This document shows positions 1 to 9,608 of a stretch of 64,000 nt of DNA, one piece after another (the stretch's first letter is position 1; every line of letters begins with the position of its first letter). Location: IMG/VR virus record IMGVR_UViG_3300025536_000015, one strand, 5' to 3'. The translations under genes and the position numbers were made by a program. The notes under the pieces are model-generated. The model saw nothing but the letters and a program-made list of their open reading frames with translations, was not told where the DNA came from and ran no database searches. Source of the DNA: a virus.

Positions 1-2
1 CC

Positions 3-218
3 TCCGTCGCCGCTTGCTCCAGCGCGCCCGTAAAGGCCCCGCTGGCCGTCGGCTGCGGCCCGACCCAGTACACGCGTCAGATAAACGCCGCCTCGTCGGC
101 GGTCATCAACATGTGCTTCCTCGCGGACGGCAGCGTCAAGTGGACCGACGGCGAGGCCGTCCCCGTCGCCCCGCAGATTAAACCGAAGAAGACCGCCACT
201 GCTACGAACAAGAAATAG
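3..218 (+). CDS. 3' part of a small, probably exported protein (truncated by window start)
   Basis: Open frame from nt 3 (SVAACSSAPVKAPLAVGCGP...TATNKK) ending TAG 216-218, 9 nt before the rep gene. Confidence 0.5.
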   Translation, partial: SVAACSSAPVKAPLAVGCGPTQYTRQINAASSAVINMCFLADGSVKWTDGEAVPVAPQIKPKKTATATNKK

Positions 219-227
219 CCTGCGGCA

Positions 228-1049
228 ATGGCCTCTCCGCAAACCGAAAACGGCTACTTCAAAGTCGCCAACGAACTAGCCGACGCGATATTCCTTTTCC
301 CATTCAGCGGCCCGCAGTTGCGGCTCGTGATTTGGGTAATGCGATACTCCTACGGCTGGCGGCGTAAGGAAACGCAGTCCATCACTCTCGACGGATTGAC
401 GTCGATCACCACCATCCCGCGTTCCACCCTCAGTTGGACGATTCAGCAACTGGTGGGCAGCGGCGTACTGGTGCGGAGCAAGGACTTGACCTACCGCCTC
501 AACAAGAACTACGAGGAGTGGATCGTGACCGGATCCGACATGCTACCGCTTAGGTCCAACCCATTGGATATCCAACCCATTGGAATAGATTCCAACCCAT
601 TGGACCTACAGCGTCCCCCTATAAGGAACTTAAAGACAATTAGTAAAGACAAAGGTGGACACGAACGCCCAACGGCTATTTTCAGCCCCCCCTCTCTTTC
701 AGCGGTCAAAGCTTACTGCACGGAACGGAAAAGCGTGGTGGACCCCGACAAGTTCTTCCACCACTTCGAGGCGAACGGCTGGTACATGGGCCGCACGAAG
801 ATGACCAACTGGAAGTCCGCCGTCTGCTACTGGGAGCGCACGCAGTACCCCGGCAACGGCCGCACCGCAGTCCTCGATGGAAAGGTCTGTCCGATCTGCG
901 ACAAGAACCAGATGGAGAAGGGCGCGACCGTCTGCGTATCCTGCGCCCGATGCAAGAAGTGCGGCGAGAGTACCCCCAACTTAAAGATCGGCAAGCGGCC
1001 GGACGGGACCAAGACGGCTTGGTGCCTCCGCTGCGTTAAAAACAAATGA
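228..1049 (+). CDS. Phage replication initiator, lambda O-like
   Basis: N-terminus ENGYFKVANEL...RYSYGW typical of the O family; internal iterons; C-terminal helical domain (FFHHFEANGW...NWKSA) and Cys-rich tail. Confidence 0.85.
   Translation: MASPQTENGYFKVANELADAIFLFPFSGPQLRLVIWVMRYSYGWRRKETQSITLDGLTSITTIPRSTLSWTIQQLVGSGVLVRSKDLTYRLNKNYEEWIVTGSDMLPLRSNPLDIQPIGIDSNPLDLQRPPIRNLKTISKDKGGHERPTAIFSPPSLSAVKAYCTERKSVVDPDKFFHHFEANGWYMGRTKMTNWKSAVCYWERTQYPGNGRTAVLDGKVCPICDKNQMEKGATVCVSCARCKKCGESTPNLKIGKRPDGTKTAWCLRCVKNK
555..651. promoter_or_regulatory. Probable replication origin: three iterons TCCAACCCATTGGA (555-568, 571-584, 591-604) plus AT-rich tract
   Basis: Exact 14-bp dyad repeats inside the initiator gene followed by an AT-rich segment (615-651), as in lambdoid origins. 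Confidence 0.8.
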
Positions 1050-1069
1050 CGGACAGGAGACGACACGCC

Positions 1070-1363
1070 ATGACCCACCGACAAGAAGTACTCAAGGACG
1101 TCCTGCCGCCGCTCACGCCCCTGCAGGAAGCCGCTCGGATCTACCTCGAAGCGGAGCAGGAGGCCGCGAACCTGAAGACGCGCGCCGGCAAGCGCAAGGA
1201 GGAGATGATCACGATGGCGAACAGGATCGGCGAGGACTTCGTCAAGGTCCGCGACGAGGACGGATTCATGCACACGTTCGCCTTCGAGAGCAAAGCGGCC
1301 GTCCGCCACAGCAAACTGCTCGACGTGAAGGTCGTCAAGCACGACAGCGCCGCCGACGCCTAA
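1070..1363 (+). CDS. Hypothetical protein
   Basis: ORF with AGGAGA SD upstream. Confidence 0.6.
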   Translation: MTHRQEVLKDVLPPLTPLQEAARIYLEAEQEAANLKTRAGKRKEEMITMANRIGEDFVKVRDEDGFMHTFAFESKAAVRHSKLLDVKVVKHDSAADA

Positions 1364-1369
1364 AGCGAC

Positions 1370-1726
1370 ATGAAGTTGACCATCCACGTGAAGCCGCTGT
1401 CGATCAACGACGCGTACCGCGGCGCCCACTACCCGACGAAGGAAAAGACGCAGTACGAGACGGCCCTGCGCTACGCGCTTCCGAACGTGCGCGTGGCGCC
1501 GGGCCCGTACTACCGGATCGCCTTCGACTTCCACCTGGTCAACTTCGCGCTCACGGACTACGACAATCTCATCAAGATCACGCAGGACTGCCTCGTCAAG
1601 CGCGGCATTATGACCGACGACCGCCTGATAGTCGACGCACGTATCCGTAAGTTTAAAGCCGACAAGGACCGCATCGAGATCGACCTGCAGCCCGCCGCCG
1701 ACGCTTTGGAGCCAAACCTAATATGA
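1370..1726 (+). CDS. rusA: RusA-family Holliday junction resolvase
   Basis: DYDNLIK...DCL...DDRLI motif. Confidence 0.85.
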   Translation: MKLTIHVKPLSINDAYRGAHYPTKEKTQYETALRYALPNVRVAPGPYYRIAFDFHLVNFALTDYDNLIKITQDCLVKRGIMTDDRLIVDARIRKFKADKDRIEIDLQPAADALEPNLI

Positions 1727-3165
1727 AAAATGAAGCCCCCGAAACCGTCCAGGCCATACGCGCCAAAGCGGCACCGTACAACCCACGCACGATCACGCCG
1801 GCGCAGGAAAAGATGTTGGCCGCAGCCATGACCGAGTTCGGCGATCTTGGCGGTCTGGTGGTCAACGTCAAGACCGGCCGCGTTGTTGGCGGCCACCAGC
1901 GGCTGAAGCAGCTCGATCCGTCCTGGCCTGTCGTTAAAAAATCCTACACGGACAAGACCGGAACCGTCGCGCTAGGCTACGTCGAAACGCCCCGAGGCCG
2001 GTGGGCATACCGCGAGGTCGACTGGCCCGAGGCCAAGGAAAAGGCGGCGAACATCGCGGCGAACAAGCACGGCGGCGCGTTCGACATTCCGAAGCTCAAG
2101 GACATCCTTGTTGAAATTCAGGCCGCCGAGATACCGCTCGAGCTCACCGGATTCGACGCCGACGACCTGGCCGAGATGCTCGCCGAGGAAGGCGCGGCGA
2201 TTCCGGAGAACGTGGACGACTTACCCCCCCCCATGGCGCAATCTAAGACCAAGCGCGGCGACGTCTGGATATGCGGCGACCACCGGGTCATGTGCGGCGA
2301 CAGCACGAGCGCCGCCGACATCTCACGCCTGATGGGAGACGACCGGGCCGCGCTATACTTCTCCGACCCGCCATACGGCGTGTCCTACGAGGGCGGAGGC
2401 TTCGACGTGATCAAGGGCGACCACAAGCGCGACGACGACCTCTACAACCTGGTCACCGGCGCGCTGAAGCAGGCCGTCGCCCACACGACGCCCGGCGCCG
2501 CCTTCTACATCTGGCACGCCAGCAGCACGCGCCGCGAGTTCGAGGACGCCATGCGCGACGCCGGCCTAATCGAGAAGCAGTACCTGATCTGGGTTAAGAA
2601 CTCGATCGTCCTCGGCCACGCCGACTACCACTGGACCCACGAGCCGTGCTTCTACGCCGGCAAGGAAGGCCAGAAGGTCGCCTTTCACGGCGACCGCACC
2701 CAGTCGACCGTCTGGCGCGCCACGCTCAAGAAGCGGGACGGCCTGGCGACCACCCTCGGCCAAGCCCTCCTGCTGACCGACGGCAAGGGCGGGCAGATCG
2801 CTTTGACCCCGCGCATGCCCAAGGGCAAGAAAACACGCACGGCGAGGCTCGTAGAGGGCCAGACGATGCGGATCGAGATACCCAGCAACAGTGTGGACGT
2901 TCTCGAGGTCGGCCGCGACCTGGACGGCTACAAGCATCCGACCCAGAAGCCGGTAGCCCTGTCGATGGTGGCGATCGCCAACAGCACGAAGCCGGGCGAG
3001 ATCGTCCTCGACACGTTCAGCGGAAGCGGATCCACCCTGCTCGGGTGCGAGGCGACCGGCCGGCGCGGCCGGGTGATGGACCTCGACCCCACGTACGCCT
3101 GGGTTGCGGTGGAGCGGTGGCAGGACCTGACGGGCCGCAAAGCGTTTGTCGAAAAAGGAGCTTAA
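1723..3165 (+). CDS. ParB-like domain fused to N6/N4 DNA methyltransferase
   Basis: N-terminal YNPR...GGHQRL ParB-like domain; SDPPYG, HPTQKPV and DTFSGSGST motifs. Confidence 0.88.
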   Translation: MKNEAPETVQAIRAKAAPYNPRTITPAQEKMLAAAMTEFGDLGGLVVNVKTGRVVGGHQRLKQLDPSWPVVKKSYTDKTGTVALGYVETPRGRWAYREVDWPEAKEKAANIAANKHGGAFDIPKLKDILVEIQAAEIPLELTGFDADDLAEMLAEEGAAIPENVDDLPPPMAQSKTKRGDVWICGDHRVMCGDSTSAADISRLMGDDRAALYFSDPPYGVSYEGGGFDVIKGDHKRDDDLYNLVTGALKQAVAHTTPGAAFYIWHASSTRREFEDAMRDAGLIEKQYLIWVKNSIVLGHADYHWTHEPCFYAGKEGQKVAFHGDRTQSTVWRATLKKRDGLATTLGQALLLTDGKGGQIALTPRMPKGKKTRTARLVEGQTMRIEIPSNSVDVLEVGRDLDGYKHPTQKPVALSMVAIANSTKPGEIVLDTFSGSGSTLLGCEATGRRGRVMDLDPTYAWVAVERWQDLTGRKAFVEKGA

Positions 3166-3687
3166 ATGCGATACGCCGCCGAAACCAGCGTCAGCAGCGA
3201 GAAGTCCAAAGGCGAGATCGAGGCCACGCTTCGACGCTACGGCGCCGACCAGTTTGGATCGATGTGGGAGGACGGCCGCGCGGCTATTCAATTTAGAATA
3301 AAGAGCAAGATGGTCCGATTCAACCTCCCGTTGCCCGACCAGCGCGACGACGAGTTCGCCAAGGGCGGGTGCATCCGGGCCGGGTGGCACGACGAGGACC
3401 CGACGCACCTGTCCCACTCGCGCGGGTGCTTCGCGCCGCGGCCGCCGGAAGTTTCCGCGCGACTCTGGGAGCAGGCCTGCCGACAACGGTGGCGCGCGCT
3501 GGCGCTGGCGATCAAAGCCAAGCTCGAGGCCGTCGAGTGCGGCATCACGACGTTCGAGGAGGAGTTTCTTAGCCACCTCGTGGTACCAGGCCAGAAGGGA
3601 AAGACCGTAGGCCAGATGATTATAAGCCAAATCGAAAGCGCCTACGTAACCGGGAAGACACCGTCGCTGGGCTGGGAGGAGAAGTAG
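3166..3687 (+). CDS. Conserved phage hypothetical protein
   Basis: YAAETSVS..SKGEIE..L..YGA and RQRWRALALAIKAKLEAVE...TFEEEFL pattern common in phages. Confidence 0.7.
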   Translation: MRYAAETSVSSEKSKGEIEATLRRYGADQFGSMWEDGRAAIQFRIKSKMVRFNLPLPDQRDDEFAKGGCIRAGWHDEDPTHLSHSRGCFAPRPPEVSARLWEQACRQRWRALALAIKAKLEAVECGITTFEEEFLSHLVVPGQKGKTVGQMIISQIESAYVTGKTPSLGWEEK

Positions 3688-4668
3688 ATGGACCGCACGA
3701 AAATCGAATGGACAGATGCGACGTGGAACCCGCTCCGTGGTTGCTCGCGCGTGAGCGAGGGGTGCCGCAACTGCTACGCCGAGCGCGTGGCCGCGCGATT
3801 CATCGGCAAAGGACAGGCATACGAAGGCTTGGCCTATCGCCACTACGAGAACGACACCGTGGCCAACACGATCGACTATGAACCGCGTTGGACCGGTGAG
3901 GTTCGACTTATTCGAGAAGCGATGGATCAGCCGCTAAAATGGAAACGTCCTAGAAAAATCTTCGTGAACAGCATGAGCGATCTGTTCCATGAGAAGGTAA
4001 GCGACGGCGTGATCTGGCAAATATTCAACGTGATGCGCCGCGCGCATTGGCACACGTTTCAGGTGCTCACAAAAAGACCTGAGAGAATGCTGAGATGGTT
4101 CCAAGAGATTGATCGTGGGACACTACGAGACCGAGACTTCCAGTGGCCGCTTCCAAACGTCTGGCTCGGCGTCAGCGTCGAGACGCAGGGAAATGCCGAC
4201 AAGAGGATCCCGCTCCTGCTACGAACGCCGGCCGCCGTACGTTGGATCAGCGCCGAGCCGCTGCTTGGGCCTTTAGACATCTCGCAGTTTACGCCCGGCG
4301 GATGGGGTTGCTCCGGATGCGGATACCGAGAGAGAGGGAGCGTCGGTCGATGTTACGGCTACTGCCAGGACCCGAGCGGCAGGTCCTGCGATGCGGTGCC
4401 GTGTCCGCGGTGCGGCAAGCGCCACTACTGGACCGGCAGCGTGGCGTCAATCAAATGGGTTGTGGCCGGCGGCGAGAGTGGGCCAGGAGCTAGGCCGATG
4501 GACGTAGCGTGGGCCTGGGAGCTCAAGGACCAGTGCAATAAAACCAACGTGCCGTTTCTGTTCAAGCAGTGGGGGGAATACGGCGAGAACGGAAGGAAGG
4601 TAGGTAAAAAAGTTGCTGGCCGTCTTCTGCTTGGAAAAACCTACGACGAATACCCGGTGCCAGCGTGA
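3688..4668 (+). CDS. Gp37/Gp68-family (DUF5131) protein
   Basis: IEWTDATWNP..GC..VS.GC.NCYA, IFVNSMSDLFH, WLGVSVE, WVVAGGESG. Confidence 0.88.
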   Translation: MDRTKIEWTDATWNPLRGCSRVSEGCRNCYAERVAARFIGKGQAYEGLAYRHYENDTVANTIDYEPRWTGEVRLIREAMDQPLKWKRPRKIFVNSMSDLFHEKVSDGVIWQIFNVMRRAHWHTFQVLTKRPERMLRWFQEIDRGTLRDRDFQWPLPNVWLGVSVETQGNADKRIPLLLRTPAAVRWISAEPLLGPLDISQFTPGGWGCSGCGYRERGSVGRCYGYCQDPSGRSCDAVPCPRCGKRHYWTGSVASIKWVVAGGESGPGARPMDVAWAWELKDQCNKTNVPFLFKQWGEYGENGRKVGKKVAGRLLLGKTYDEYPVPA

Positions 4669-4835
4669 TGAGCCTGCTCGCCTACATAGCTATTTTATTT
4701 TGGTTCCTTAGCGCCACATCTGCGCCCGGAAATCAAGGCAAGGCGGAAATAAAAACGTCTGGACACACGGTCATGGCCATCTGGGATTTCTTGATAGTCC
4801 TGGCGCTATGCGGGCGAGTGTTAGGGTGGTGGTGA
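4668..4835 (+). CDS. Small two-helix membrane protein (not in ORF track)
   Basis: MSLLAYIAILFWFLS...AIWDFLIVLALCGRVLGWW; start overlaps upstream stop. Confidence 0.5.
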   Translation: MSLLAYIAILFWFLSATSAPGNQGKAEIKTSGHTVMAIWDFLIVLALCGRVLGWW

Positions 4836-4841
4836 CGCATC

Positions 4842-5651
4842 ATGCAGCAGGACATGAAGCAACGCGCCGAGAATGGCCTGCGCGACTACCTGATCTATCT
4901 GCGCGACAAGGGCGATGCCTCAGAATCGTATGCGGTCAAGCGAACATTCATGGAGCGATCGTCAGCCCGTGGCAACTGCGGCCCGCACAAGGCTCGAGGC
5001 GACTTCGGTACCATGGATGGAATTGGAGCCGATACAGCGCGTTCTCGTCGATCAGTGGACCTCTGGGAGAAGCGCAAGCTGAACTCGTGGCGTGCCGGGG
5101 GTCGCTTGACGGCAAGCGGCCTGCTGAGAGTGTCCACGCGTCTGGCAAAGCCGTGGACGTTGGAGCAGGTGGCGAAGGCGGCGCCCGAGGCGAACTTCTG
5201 GGACCACCTGGCCGCGCTCATAATTTTAGACGGAGTCGTGAGGAGGAGATTCATGGACTCGCTTAAAAACATTCGAGAGGTCGTCGAGGGAATAGCGGAC
5301 GAACGCCTTCAGCGGTCGCTGCTTGATCCAAACAACTCTGGCCCGATTCGGTCCCTGATCCGCGAAGAAATCGGCCACATGTTTGGAGAGTTGCTCGGCG
5401 TGATTCAACGCAAGGTTCCGCAGCAGGAGCCATCCGTCATGAGTCGCGGCCAACGCAAGTGCTCGCGTTGCGGCGTCCTGGGCCACACCGCCAAGACGTG
5501 TCAGGCCAGAGGTCCCGTGGCACCCGACAAGTGGGCTTGCATGAAATGCTCGGACAAGGAGGGGCGCACCCTGGACAACCCTGTTACCCATGAGGTCCGA
5601 TCGGAAGAGTTCCACGATAAAGACGACGAGACGCAAATTCAAGGAGAGTAG
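4842..5651 (+). CDS. Hypothetical protein with zinc knuckle
   Basis: CSRCGVLGHTAKTC motif near the C-terminus. Confidence 0.55.
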   Translation: MQQDMKQRAENGLRDYLIYLRDKGDASESYAVKRTFMERSSARGNCGPHKARGDFGTMDGIGADTARSRRSVDLWEKRKLNSWRAGGRLTASGLLRVSTRLAKPWTLEQVAKAAPEANFWDHLAALIILDGVVRRRFMDSLKNIREVVEGIADERLQRSLLDPNNSGPIRSLIREEIGHMFGELLGVIQRKVPQQEPSVMSRGQRKCSRCGVLGHTAKTCQARGPVAPDKWACMKCSDKEGRTLDNPVTHEVRSEEFHDKDDETQIQGE

Positions 5652-5652
5652 A

Positions 5653-5994
5653 ATGAACTACCGAGAAGAAGTCTTACGAAACTGTCCCAACTTCAGCACC
5701 GACACGTTGATGCAGAAGTTGAGCCTGAGCGGACTCGGCGTCGCAGGCGAGGCCGGTGAAGTTGCCGACATCATAAAGAAGGTCCTGCACCACGAAGTGC
5801 CGATCATGTCGGTGCGAGAAAAGCTGATCAAAGAGATGGGCGACGTCCACTGGTACCTCGAATATCTCGCAGCGACGCTCGGAACGACGACCGAAGAAGT
5901 GCAACGTCTGAACGTGGAGAAGCTCCGCGCCCGACATCCGAACGGATGGACGCCTGCTTCGCAACAGGCGAAGGCCGACGAGGCTCTGCGCTAG
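5653..5994 (+). CDS. mazG: MazG-like nucleotide pyrophosphohydrolase
   Basis: GVAGEAGEVADIIKK...EMGDVHWYL motif. Confidence 0.88.
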   Translation: MNYREEVLRNCPNFSTDTLMQKLSLSGLGVAGEAGEVADIIKKVLHHEVPIMSVREKLIKEMGDVHWYLEYLAATLGTTTEEVQRLNVEKLRARHPNGWTPASQQAKADEALR

Positions 5995-6182
5995 TGAAAA
6001 GCTCTAACCGGCGGCCGGTCGCGCAAGCGCCGGCGGTGGAACGCTCCGGGGTCCGCTCCTGCTTCGACAGGATCGGCTCGCCTCGACAAGGACTCCACGC
6101 CGCGATCCAGTTGGGCGTAGCGTCCGCGCTGATACCGCGGACCTGGATTGTCGCCGGGTATTATTTTTGTTGAAAATATATG

Positions 6183-6211
6183 TTGACAAACGCAACGGCA
6201 CATGCCAAAAT
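6183..6211 (+). promoter_or_regulatory. Sigma70-like promoter TTGACA-N17-CAAAAT
   Basis: Consensus -35, 17-nt spacer, AT-rich upstream tract. Confidence 0.65.
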
Positions 6212-6278
6212 CAAAACGCACCTGGACCGAGGCCAGAAACGGTCGGACCTAAGACGCAGAACGCAAAGGAGCCGAACA

Positions 6279-6533
6279 ATGTCCGACGTCGAATCCGCAC
6301 CGAAGATGTGCCTAAGATGCGCCCGTCGCGCGTTGGCTAAACTTCCCGCCAAGCCCTGCGGCGCCTGCCCGTTGCTCAACGTAGATCGCCTGGCCCAGGT
6401 TCGCGCCAACGCCGCGCGCCCGTCGCCCCTGCAACGGTTCACATTCGCCTCGGCCGAAGCCAACGCGGCTCAGGTGGAGCCTCTGGCGTATGGCGAGCAA
6501 CACCGCCTGACGTCGTGGGAGCGCGGCGAGTGA
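6279..6533 (+). CDS. Hypothetical Cys-containing protein
   Basis: AAGGAG SD; CxxC motifs. Confidence 0.55.
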   Translation: MSDVESAPKMCLRCARRALAKLPAKPCGACPLLNVDRLAQVRANAARPSPLQRFTFASAEANAAQVEPLAYGEQHRLTSWERGE

Positions 6534-6724
6534 AGTGCATGACCTACGTAGAAAAGCGCATGTACGGCCGCCCCGGCCCCTGCGAGTACCCGCGCGGCGT
6601 CAAGGTCGTCCGTTGGGCCCCGACGCCGATGACCACGAAGGTCATCAAAGGCCTCTGCGCCGCGCACAAGAAGGTCCTCGACGCAGGTCGGCGCATAAAG
6701 CTGGTCGACGGCACGATCCTATGA
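6530..6724 (+). CDS. Hypothetical protein
   Basis: GTGA-coupled ORF. Confidence 0.5.
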   Translation: MKCMTYVEKRMYGRPGPCEYPRGVKVVRWAPTPMTTKVIKGLCAAHKKVLDAGRRIKLVDGTIL

Positions 6725-6930
6725 GCGACACGCGCGAAGACTTAGCGATTAACAAAATCGCCGAGCAGGCGCGCCTGCACCGCGACCCGTTCCCGTGCGA
6801 CTCCTTTCGCGCGATGTCGGAGAGCATCCCGCTCTGCGACCGATGCGGTTGGGACGTCGGGCCGCACCTCGACCAGATACACGACGAAGCGCTCGAGATG
6901 GACGCCGAGCGCCGCGAGGACCCATCATGA
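6721..6930 (+). CDS. Hypothetical protein
   Basis: ATGA-coupled ORF; CDRCGW. Confidence 0.5.
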   Translation: MSDTREDLAINKIAEQARLHRDPFPCDSFRAMSESIPLCDRCGWDVGPHLDQIHDEALEMDAERREDPS

Positions 6931-7181
6931 TCCAAGAGCAAGACGACGACGTCATCCAGATCGGCAAGTTGCGCCGTCCCGGTCGTCCGGCCGCGTCCGT
7001 GACCTACGACCCCGGCTACGGCATGCGCGTCGACGGTGAAGGCGCTCCGCCCGACGCCGAGCAGGCCGCGCGGTGGGTCAAGGCTTCCGGCGGCTGGTTG
7101 CGCCTGCGCGGCGACGTACGACGGCTGGCCAAGGCTCATCCCGAGGTTGCCTACTTCCTAAAGGCGGTGCGCCGGCGATGA
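6927..7181 (+). CDS. Hypothetical protein
   Basis: ATGA-coupled ORF. Confidence 0.5.
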   Translation: MIQEQDDDVIQIGKLRRPGRPAASVTYDPGYGMRVDGEGAPPDAEQAARWVKASGGWLRLRGDVRRLAKAHPEVAYFLKAVRRR

Positions 7182-7798
7182 AAAAAGACACGATCGTGAT
7201 CGACCTCGACGGCACCCTGGCCGACGTGAAGCACCGCCGGCACTTGGTCGCCGGAAAGAAGCGCAACTACGAGGCCTTCCATGCCTTGCTCAAGCAGGAT
7301 CCTGTCAACACGCCCGTCGCTATGCTGATGAGCGGGATGGCGTTCTACGGACGAAGCCAATACACCGATAGCATCTATAAAGTCGTCATCGTCAGCGCAC
7401 GGCCAGAATCAGTCGTAGAAGAAACTCGCGTCTGGCTGATGTTGAACGAGATCCAGTACGACGAACTCCACCTGTTGCGCCCCACCGACGACAGCACCCC
7501 CGACCAGGAACTCAAGCGCGCCTGGCTGAACAAGTACGGCAAGGAGCGCATCCTGTTCGTCGTCGACGACCGAGCCAAGGTTGTAAAGATGTGGAGGGAG
7601 GAGGGCATCACCTGTCTGCAGTGCGACGATTGGGAGGAGAAGGATGCCCTGGAAAAGAAAGATCAGGTCCTGCGCGATCTCGCCAATCTTCTCGGGGGGC
7701 CGACGATGAGCTACTCGCCTGATTACGAGAGCAAAGAACGCGCCGCTAGAATAAAAAAAGCAGTTGAGATGATCGCCAAGGAGTTAAAATCAAAATGA
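7178..7798 (+). CDS. HAD phosphatase, PseT/polynucleotide-kinase phosphatase type
   Basis: VIDLDGTLAD, VSAR, K, VDDR motifs. Confidence 0.85.
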   Translation: MKKDTIVIDLDGTLADVKHRRHLVAGKKRNYEAFHALLKQDPVNTPVAMLMSGMAFYGRSQYTDSIYKVVIVSARPESVVEETRVWLMLNEIQYDELHLLRPTDDSTPDQELKRAWLNKYGKERILFVVDDRAKVVKMWREEGITCLQCDDWEEKDALEKKDQVLRDLANLLGGPTMSYSPDYESKERAARIKKAVEMIAKELKSK

Positions 7799-8145
7799 AA
7801 ATATGGATACTCGTCGCGCTCATGGCTGTGTGCGCGTCGGAGGTGGCCACGCCGGAAGCCCCTGCGGATGCCCCAGCGGCGCCGTCGGCCGACAAGCCGA
7901 AGGAAGACGAGAAGGAAACGCCGGAGGAGCTCAAGAAGCGCGCCCGCAAGCCGCCGGCCGAAGGCCCGTGCAAGATGTGCGAGCAGATGCGGCAACTAAA
8001 TCGCCTGCTCCTCTGCTATCCCTGCTGGCTCAAGGACAAGCTCCACAAGGACAGCGGCGGCACGTGGCTCCCCGGCGACCCGCACCCCGCCTCGTGCGGT
8101 TGCGACGGCCCCGGCGGGTGCTCGACCAAGCGGAGAGGCAATTGA
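7795..8145 (+). CDS. Predicted secreted Cys-rich protein
   Basis: MKIWILVALMAVCA signal-like start; several Cys pairs. Confidence 0.55.
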   Translation: MKIWILVALMAVCASEVATPEAPADAPAAPSADKPKEDEKETPEELKKRARKPPAEGPCKMCEQMRQLNRLLLCYPCWLKDKLHKDSGGTWLPGDPHPASCGCDGPGGCSTKRRGN

Positions 8146-8404
8146 GCGAGCCATCCCCTTACCGCGAGCTCGGAGTGCAGGCCGACGTGCGCTCCTTCGC
8201 CGCACGGGGCCTGCGTAAGCCCAATAAGAACCGCGAGCGCGACCTCTACTCAGGCGCGCCGGCGGCGGCCCGCGGCAACCACTACTGGGAGAACGTCTAC
8301 AGCCGCGCCGACGTCGTCAGCAACACGCAACGATGTCGGAAGTGCGGGCGCCCCAAGTTCGCCGTAGACGGCCTGCGATGCGCCGGCCGCAAAGGAGTCC
8401 GACG

Positions 8405-8728
8405 ATGATGAGCGAGGATTTATTGATTTGGGCCGAACAGCTGTCTCCGATCACAAAGCGCCAACCGACAGACTTCGATCGCGTGAAGGCAATAGTTGCC
8501 TACGCACGAACACTCGAACGAATGCTCGAGGAAAAAAGCGGAGGTGGGCAATGGGACCCAGGCGCGCGGCCACTGCCAAACCCAACAACCGACAATGAGA
8601 CGTTAGAGGGTCGGCTACGCGAAGACGATAGTCCGGTCATCCGGGCCTATTCGTGGAGCAAGGTCGACACGTTCTTATTTCTCGGCATTGCCGCCTTCTG
8701 CTTCCTGGCCTGGCTCAAAACGAGGTAG
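8405..8728 (+). CDS. Hypothetical protein with C-terminal transmembrane helix
   Basis: AAGGAG SD; hydrophobic C-terminus. Confidence 0.55.
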   Translation: MMSEDLLIWAEQLSPITKRQPTDFDRVKAIVAYARTLERMLEEKSGGGQWDPGARPLPNPTTDNETLEGRLREDDSPVIRAYSWSKVDTFLFLGIAAFCFLAWLKTR

Positions 8729-8763
8729 GCCTAAAGACCCATACAAAAATAGGCCCTATGCCA

Positions 8764-8792
8764 TTGACATACCGCATGGCATATGCCATACT
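8764..8792 (+). promoter_or_regulatory. Sigma70-like promoter TTGACA-N17-CATACT containing palindrome ATGGCATATGCCAT (8776-8789)
   Basis: Direct reading; lies 43 nt upstream of ATG 8835. Confidence 0.7.
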
Positions 8793-8834
8793 AAAGCAAG
8801 AAGCAAGGACGAACCAAAGAGAGGTAGCAAAAAA

Positions 8835-9167
8835 ATGAAAAGCGAGATTACGAAGGTGACCTGCGAAGAAGCCGAAGACCAGATCGAACAAATCTCCGCC
8901 CTGCTCGGCGTGAACGGCCACGACGAACTCGGCGGCGGCCTCGTCGGGTTCGTGTTCGCGCACCCGACCAAACAAGACGTCACGCTCACGTTCGGCTACG
9001 CCCAGGGCCCGCTCGGCCATAGCGAGTTTGACGACGCGACCGGGCAACCGGGCGACTGCGGCGACATGCCCGAGGACGGACCGCACGACGCCGCCGCCCA
9101 GGCGGACTACATCAAGAGCGTCTGCGCGCGCCTCGGCTACGTCATCCCGACGACGGATGGCCGCTGA
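8835..9167 (+). CDS. Hypothetical protein
   Basis: GAGGT SD, downstream of promoter. Confidence 0.6.
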   Translation: MKSEITKVTCEEAEDQIEQISALLGVNGHDELGGGLVGFVFAHPTKQDVTLTFGYAQGPLGHSEFDDATGQPGDCGDMPEDGPHDAAAQADYIKSVCARLGYVIPTTDGR

Positions 9168-9168
9168 C

Positions 9169-9417
9169 ATGACCAGGCACCAAGCCAAACATAAGCAAAC
9201 GTTCGCGCAACGCGTCGCTGACCCGGACAAGGCCACGCTCGACGGTTCATTCGTAGAGAGCATCGTTATGACCGCCGCCAACAACGAACGCACGGCGGAC
9301 GACATCTGGGCCATGTGGATCGAGTACGTCCGCACATGCGAGGGCTACGACCAAAGCCCCGTCTTCCGAGAATTTTGCAACTGGAACAAGCTCGCCGGCG
9401 CGGGGCCGCTCTCATGA
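9169..9417 (+). CDS. Hypothetical protein
   Basis: Tightly packed ORF. Confidence 0.5.
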   Translation: MTRHQAKHKQTFAQRVADPDKATLDGSFVESIVMTAANNERTADDIWAMWIEYVRTCEGYDQSPVFREFCNWNKLAGAGPLS

Positions 9418-9608
9418 TCGCCGCCGACTACATGCTTCGTCGCCGCCTATTGCTCAAGGACATCAAGCATCTCCGCGACCAGATAGTAGTTATCACGACA
9501 CGCGTGGCGCAGATGCAGGCGTCCGCTGATCGATTAAACCAACAGGCCGACCGATTATGCCGAGAGTTGGCATCCCTTGACAGAAAAAAATCGCAGGAGG
9601 GACAGTGA
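9414..9608 (+). CDS. Small coiled-coil protein
   Basis: ATGA-coupled ORF with heptad pattern. Confidence 0.45.
   Translation: MIAADYMLRRRLLLKDIKHLRDQIVVITTRVAQMQASADRLNQQADRLCRELASLDRKKSQEGQ

Noticed and set aside
6057-6072. T-arm-like hairpin suggesting a tRNA
   Set aside because: 6-nt loop and no cloverleaf or acceptor stem found
7178-7798. HAD phosphatase as the nonulosonate-9-phosphate phosphatase
   Set aside because: Looks like the PseT/PNKP type and lies among early genes, far from the sugar genes
9577-9605. TTGACA inside the 9414 gene as a promoter
   Set aside because: No plausible -10 at 16-18 nt
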